A stretch of 57,136 nucleotides of DNA, filler included, from Sphacelaria rigidula (lineage: Eukaryota): assembly GCA_964200075.2 (NCBI GenBank). It is 5 parts of 5 records of this genome, joined end to end, with 100 filler letters (N's around TTAATTAATTAA, not from the genome) between each part and the next. Parts side by side here need not be neighbours in the genome. Positions count along the whole stretch, not along the records: positions 45,791 to 57,136 come from CAXNAA020005039.1; 4 more parts are not named here. The stretch is one strand, 5' to 3'. Position 1 is the stretch's first letter, and the number at the start of each line of letters is the position of its first letter. A program made the position numbers and the translations under genes. The notes beneath the pieces were generated by a model, which did not search any database, had not been told where the DNA came from, and worked only from the letters and a program-made list of their open reading frames with translations. Positions 52,149 to 57,136 of this stretch are shown piece after piece.

Positions 52149-52406
52149 CTGAAAGCATCAAGTTGGCGAAAATATTATTTACACAGCATATTAGATTACA
52201 GTAACTACGGTACACAAGTGACATCCGACCGCTGGTACAGTAATCCTTCAACAGTTGCAAACTCGAGTTTAGGAAACCCACAAGGGTTGCGTAGATGATG
52301 ACCACTTGATACCGCAGTATAGTAGCGCTGAAAGTGCAGTACGAGAGTTAAACAGGGTAGGAGAGTAGAGAGAGAAAAACAGCTTGTGAAGTATGCGTGC
52401 ACCCAC

Positions 52407-52477
52407 TTTTCGGGGGAGAAAACGTTCTCCTCGTCGTCCGAGTAGTTCTTGCGGCTGCCGCGCTTCACACCCTTGCC
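52407..52477 (-). CDS. Same gene, exon
   Basis: GKGVKRGSRKNYSDDEENVFSPE, phase 2 out. Confidence 0.78.
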
Positions 52478-53024
52478 CTGCCCAAACGTCAAGCGTCACG
52501 GATTCAAGACACGAACGACAGGATCGCCGCCATCGCAGTCAAGAGTCGATAGCCAACATACACTAGATAAATAAGTACCACACGTACATTCGAAAACATG
52601 TCAGAGTAGTCTCTCAACTATTATCTGTATAACACCACGAGCAGCATCTGTGGGAGGATGACAACGAACGAGAAATGGACGAGACGCAAACACCGAGACG
52701 CCAGCGCGGGCATCCTCATTGCACCCCGCGTAGCTCGTCACGACACGGCTGCAAGCATCTAGTTGACGCCAACACACGTCCAGAAGCAACGGCAACGACT
52801 ATGCAAGCCAGGAACAGAAGCACATCAACAGCTTCCTCGCACGAGTACCGACGACAATCAGATACAGGTTCAACATAATCACTACTTGAAATTCATACCA
52901 CAAGCACTGTTCTCCTGGTACCCTCTCTTAGTCGGGCGCCCGAGCTCTGTCGACAACTTACGCACTCGCACGGAGGCATAAATGCAACATCCTCAGCAAA
53001 GCCTCAAGTGCCTCATTATCTTAC

Positions 53025-53225
53025 CTTGGCGGGCGCCTTCGCCTTAACGGGTGCCTTGGCCCTAGCGGGAGCCTTAGCCTTAGCCCTTGCTGCAGCGGGC
53101 TTTGCTGCTGCTGCGCCCCTACCCTTTCCCCTCCCCATGGCGGTGGGAGCACGGCCGACATCGGAATCCTGGTCCATGCCGAAAGCATCATCCTCATTAT
53201 CATCTTCATCTGATGAGTCCACCGC
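53025..53225 (-). CDS. Same gene, exon
   Basis: 67 codons AVDSSDEDDNEDD...KAKAPAK|gtaaga. Confidence 0.82.
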
Positions 53226-53770
53226 CTGGGAAACGCAGAGATCGCAGGGTCTAACTTGAAATGTCCTCGATATACAAACCCTTCAAGCTACAGTACGGCC
53301 CATAATTTTCCTACATCGGAACGAAAGGTATCGCTTCATCAACTTCGCATTTGCTAGGCCGAATCTTCTACAATCCCAATCGCGAGGCGATTGAAACGAA
53401 ATCGTCGACAACAATGCACATGTTAACCCGGAAAGATGTCGAACTGTGGTCGCCATTCGGGATGTACCCACGCTCAGGGCAGGCTGGATAAGGGAGATTT
53501 CGCATTATTCAGCTGCAAGCTCGAATGTTGCGTTGTTGGACACTACTCGCAACAAACTTGTCTTCATCCATAGAATGAGTTCGGCAACGGGACACCCTCG
53601 GTCATGCATGCGATTCAAAACACTCGCCAGCTCCGGTGTCGAAAGCACCGTCATCATGCATGATCGAGGCTACAACATTTGTTGCCGGACCGGAAGTGAG
53701 CATTTTTTCCCACGTTCCTCCCGGTATATTCACGCTGTCGAGTGTGTGTACGAAAATATGAAGAATGTAC

Positions 53771-53887
53771 CTTCGCCTTGCCACGCTTTGTGGGCGCCTT
53801 GGCCTTGGTCGGCTGCTCGACGACAGCGGGCTCGTCCTCATCATGACCACCGTCCGTGCCCTCAGATGAGTCTTCTCGCGCCATGGC
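53771..53887 (-). CDS. Same gene, exon
   Basis: 39 codons AMAREDSSEG...KAPTKRGKAK, AG/GT bounded. Confidence 0.8.
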
Positions 53888-54594
53888 CTGGAGAAAACAC
53901 AACCAGTAGGATAAATGAGTATGGCCACGCCAACGAAAAAGACGGCGGAAAGGGTAAGTAGGACGGCTGTATCGCAAGGATCAAGCCACCATGTGAAACC
54001 AACCGCTGTAGATGAGAAGAAAAAAAACGCACAAAAACAGCGACGAGTTCGACATTCGCAGTAACCGTTGCACACACGCGAACAAAAAACAGCGATATGG
54101 TGTAACCTACTCGATAACGACAACAGCACCCACCCGCCAATCCCTTGAAATGGATACAGGCATCGTGCTAATCACCGAAAATTCAATCTCGAGCACATAC
54201 TGTTTCGTCAAGTGTCATACTCAACAAGTGCCGATCATCGGAGGCTGTGCTGGTAGTGAAGAATACAAGATAATCGCACGAAGGTTATGGGCTAAAGTGG
54301 TCCAGGGCAACAAGATTGGCTTGTACCCCAAGAACCAATCACACGAAGAACATGTTGCAAATAACTGTGTGCGATGAATTTTTTTGTGGTGACGGGGGGC
54401 AAAAGAACAGACCATGTTGCACGTCGTTCCTCAATGCAAACGCGGACGGGAAATGACGTTGATATAATCTGGAACCCACAGCAGCTTGTGAGCTTGTCGG
54501 TCATTGTCCAAACGTTTGCCGAATACGTAAAACTTCGTCATACTCCATGTAGAAAGCAAAAGCGAACAGCATGAGGTGTATAAACAATTCGCAC

Positions 54595-54736
54595 CTTAGC
54601 CTTGGCCGCAGCTGGCTTGGCCGTCTGCTTAGTGGCGACTTTGGAGCTCTTGCTCTTGACGGGAGTAGGAGTGTAGGAATCCTGCTCCTCCTCCACGTCA
54701 TCTTCTGCCGCCGCCGGATCAAAGCCATCGGACTCG
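54595..54736 (-). CDS. Same gene, exon
   Basis: Phase 2 in, phase 0 out; ESDGFDPAAAEDDVEEE...KPAAAKAK. Confidence 0.8.
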
Positions 54737-55240
54737 CTGACAAGCAACGCAACAATGACACGTTACAGAGGGAAAAAAAAGTGGCATAGATAAGCGAGAG
54801 TATCGAGACGTATGCCGAACGCGTTCAGCACAAAACATCCTCAACACTTACACGCATAGCAAACCACAGACGTCCAACAACACACTCATGCACGAAACAC
54901 ACGACTTTTCATGTGGGCAATCGTTGCACCGCAGGCAATCACGTGTGCTTGACGCTTGCCGGACACTTGCCGCCCTCGCTGCTACGACGAAGCACTGGCG
55001 TCAACGTTGGTCTTTTCTGAGTACAGACGTGAGGCGCTTGCTTACGCGTTCGAGCACTGTACTTGCCCCTTGCGAGGTTGGGCGCAACGTGGACAGAAGA
55101 GATGAGGTGGAGAACCGTTGGGGGGGTTCGAGCTTCAGGGACACTTTGAGTGTGCAACTGAGGGCGGTGTACCTGAACAACTGGTATATCTAAGGTTTGG
55201 ACTACGGAACTTCTGGAAGTCAAATAGTCACGGCACTCAC

Positions 55241-55332
55241 TCGTCTTCACTATCGCCGTCGCTGTCCACATCTACCACCACCTTCCTGTTGAGGGCCGCA
55301 GCTCGCCCGGGGCGGGATCTTGGCTTCGGGGC
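55241..55332 (-). CDS. Exon of a Lys/Ala/acidic low-complexity C-terminal tail (possibly DNA topoisomerase II CTD)
   Basis: cag|APKPRSRPGRAAALNRKVVVDVDSDGDSED|gtgagt; seven exons chain with consistent phases; product guess is from composition only. Confidence 0.75.
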
Positions 55333-55429
55333 CTGGTTGAACACATGAGGCACGGAACAAACGCAAGAAGCGAACAAGGCAACCCAAGCTATGAACGACA
55401 ACAAATGATATCTCTAAAATATATTGATA

Positions 55430-55652
55430 ATATGATTTCTTTCTGTGCTTTGCTTGTGTTGACTTTTGTATTACTTTTTTTTTGTTACGACTTAGTCTGC
55501 TATGTCGTTCTGTTCGACCGCCCTTTTTTCTGTTCCTTATTTTTTTCAGGGCGTGTTTCAGTTTCGTTTTTGTTGGGTACGTACGTCTATCATGAGACCA
55601 CGGCTGGACCCCTGGGGGGTCAGTTCAAGTGCGACAATCAATCAATCAAAAT
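55430..55652 (+). repeat. Dispersed repeat family 2 copy with (AATC)n tail
   Basis: T-rich body, conserved block, then CAATCAATCAATC. Confidence 0.7.
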
Positions 55653-55665
55653 CATGGGTGTCTAA

Positions 55666-56044
55666 CCGTGCGGGCGGGGGGGGCAGGGGTCGAGGTCACA
55701 CGTCCACCAGCACAAGAAGCTCGGCACTCCTTGCCACCTCCGCTTCTCGAGCTAGTCTCTCTGGTTGGTGTTCATCATGCCGTTTCGCCGCTTTATCACG
55801 ATGCACTGGCAGTAGCTGACCGCGCTGTGTATTATGTTCAGGCTTCTGGCTGCGTGCGCCACAGCCAAGAGCCTGACCATAAAACAAAGCGCGGCTATGT
55901 ACTGCCAGTCCACCGTGACGATGCGCCGAAACAGTGTGATGGACACCGACGAGAGAGACGAGCATGCGAAGTTGAGGCGCAAGGAGTGCCAAGCTTCTCG
56001 TGTAGATGGAAGAAGACGTGTGACATCGACCCCCCCCCGCATGG
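55666..56044. repeat. Long imperfect palindrome (foldback)
   Basis: Arms of ~185 nt pair around a 5-nt loop at 55855-55859. Confidence 0.9.
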
Positions 56045-56429
56045 CTCAGTGAGTATTATTGCGAAAACAGTGAAGTACAACTGCAGTGCCGTACACCACC
56101 CTGCAAGTACAGCGACAGCAGGCAGTAAATGAGTTTAGCACCGTTCGTTACGGTAATACATGCGGCAGTGCAGTGCAGTATTATACCATCACTTCAGGGT
56201 ACAGCGTGAATACTTGAGATACACTCGTCAAACCTGTGCTACGAAGCTTCTCCAGCAGCTGGCGCGGGCACGCACGGCCTGTCGGTTTTTTTCCGAGCAA
56301 GATGCGTTTCCCGATGATCTCGTCGAGGTGTGTAGATTGTTTTCGGAGGGATCGTGTTCGTCGCGGAAAGGGGTTAATCAAAGGCCTCCCATCAAGCACG
56401 GTGTAACTAGCTGTACAGATAGTACCTGG

Positions 56430-56625
56430 ATGGGGTACATTTTGTTTTTCTCTTCTCTTCTTTCGAAGTCTACTCTGCTTTGTCTGTTGTACCTTTTCTG
56501 ACTTTCTTCACTTTTCTTCACGCGAATGTCTTTCAGTCTTGTTCTGTTTCGGGTACGTCCATCATGTGACCACTGCTGAATCCCTGGACGACCAGTTCAA
56601 GTGCGACAATATAATCGATCAATCA
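56430..56625 (+). repeat. Dispersed repeat family 2 copy
   Basis: GGGTACGT..CATGTGACCAC.GCTG..CAGTTCAAGTGCGACAAT. Confidence 0.7.
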
Positions 56626-56989
56626 GTCGAGGTGCGCACAGCACAGGTCAGACAACACACGCAGTGCGCCACGGTGGGGCAACAGCACAACGCAGCTAGA
56701 ATGCTGCTGCGCACCAGTACATATGGTCGGCGCCGCTGCAGCAAACAGCGGTGCAGCACATGCACGCGTGCAGCACGCCGTAGGGCGCATTCAGAACGGT
56801 AGCAAACACAGAGCGATGGAAGGTTCATCTTCATACCCACTTGCCGACGGTATGTGGTGCATCATTCCCGTCGGGGAGTGGACGCATGCTGACGAGCGGC
56901 CGGTGACATCAGTCCTGCAAGATGCACTTTTGTACTCGGCTTTCAAATTTGTGCATGAATAAAAGCCTTGTGTACAGGGCAGGTGTGTT

Positions 56990-57136
56990 GGGGGGGGGGG
57001 GGTATTCTCATGACCATCCATGCCATAGTCATAATACCATTGACCTCGCATCCCTGCAAAGCCGGGACGGAGCGCGCCGGGTTTTTGCCGGACCAGGCTT
57101 GCACTCAAACCATCAAGCGCGAAACGCCGTGGTGTG
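56990..57136 (-). repeat. Dispersed repeat family 1 copy, cut by the window end
   Basis: Reverse complement matches ~13770-13905; ends at a G-run. Confidence 0.85.

Noticed and set aside
55629..56132. Overlapping similar ORFs on both strands
   Set aside because: They are a by-product of the DNA palindrome.

Overview
Eukaryotic, intron-rich and repeat-rich DNA; gene structure and repeat style suggest a brown alga or another stramenopile (inference). The window is not one locus. Four identical 100-bp artificial linkers (N44-TTAATTAATTAA-N44) join five contigs of 11349, 11347, 11347, 11347 and 11346 bp, which looks like a size-sorted pseudo-scaffold. Contig 1 (1-11349) has three VAC14 exons (-). 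Its 7.4-kb intron holds a decayed Ty1/Copia element that itself carries nested insertions. Contig 2 (11450-22796) has four DEPDC5/IML1 exons (+), a tRNA-headed SINE and a 1.65-kb TIR element. Contig 3 (22897-34243) has a large multi-EF-hand/IQ-like protein gene (-) with two intronic MITEs, a possible divergent gene and 41-bp tandem arrays. Contig 4 (34344-45690) has a decayed Ty3/Gypsy element lacking RT, RNase H and the integrase core. Its integrase tail appears to carry a chromodomain plus a PWWP/Tudor-like domain, and a telomere-repeat MITE sits in-frame in its protease. Contig 5 (45791-57136) has an internally deleted Copia element, seven 3' exons of a charged low-complexity protein tail (topoisomerase-II-like, uncertain) and a ~380-nt foldback. 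No CRISPR array, rRNA or intact tRNA was found. I saw no clearly new multi-gene system; the best leads are mobile-element oddities.
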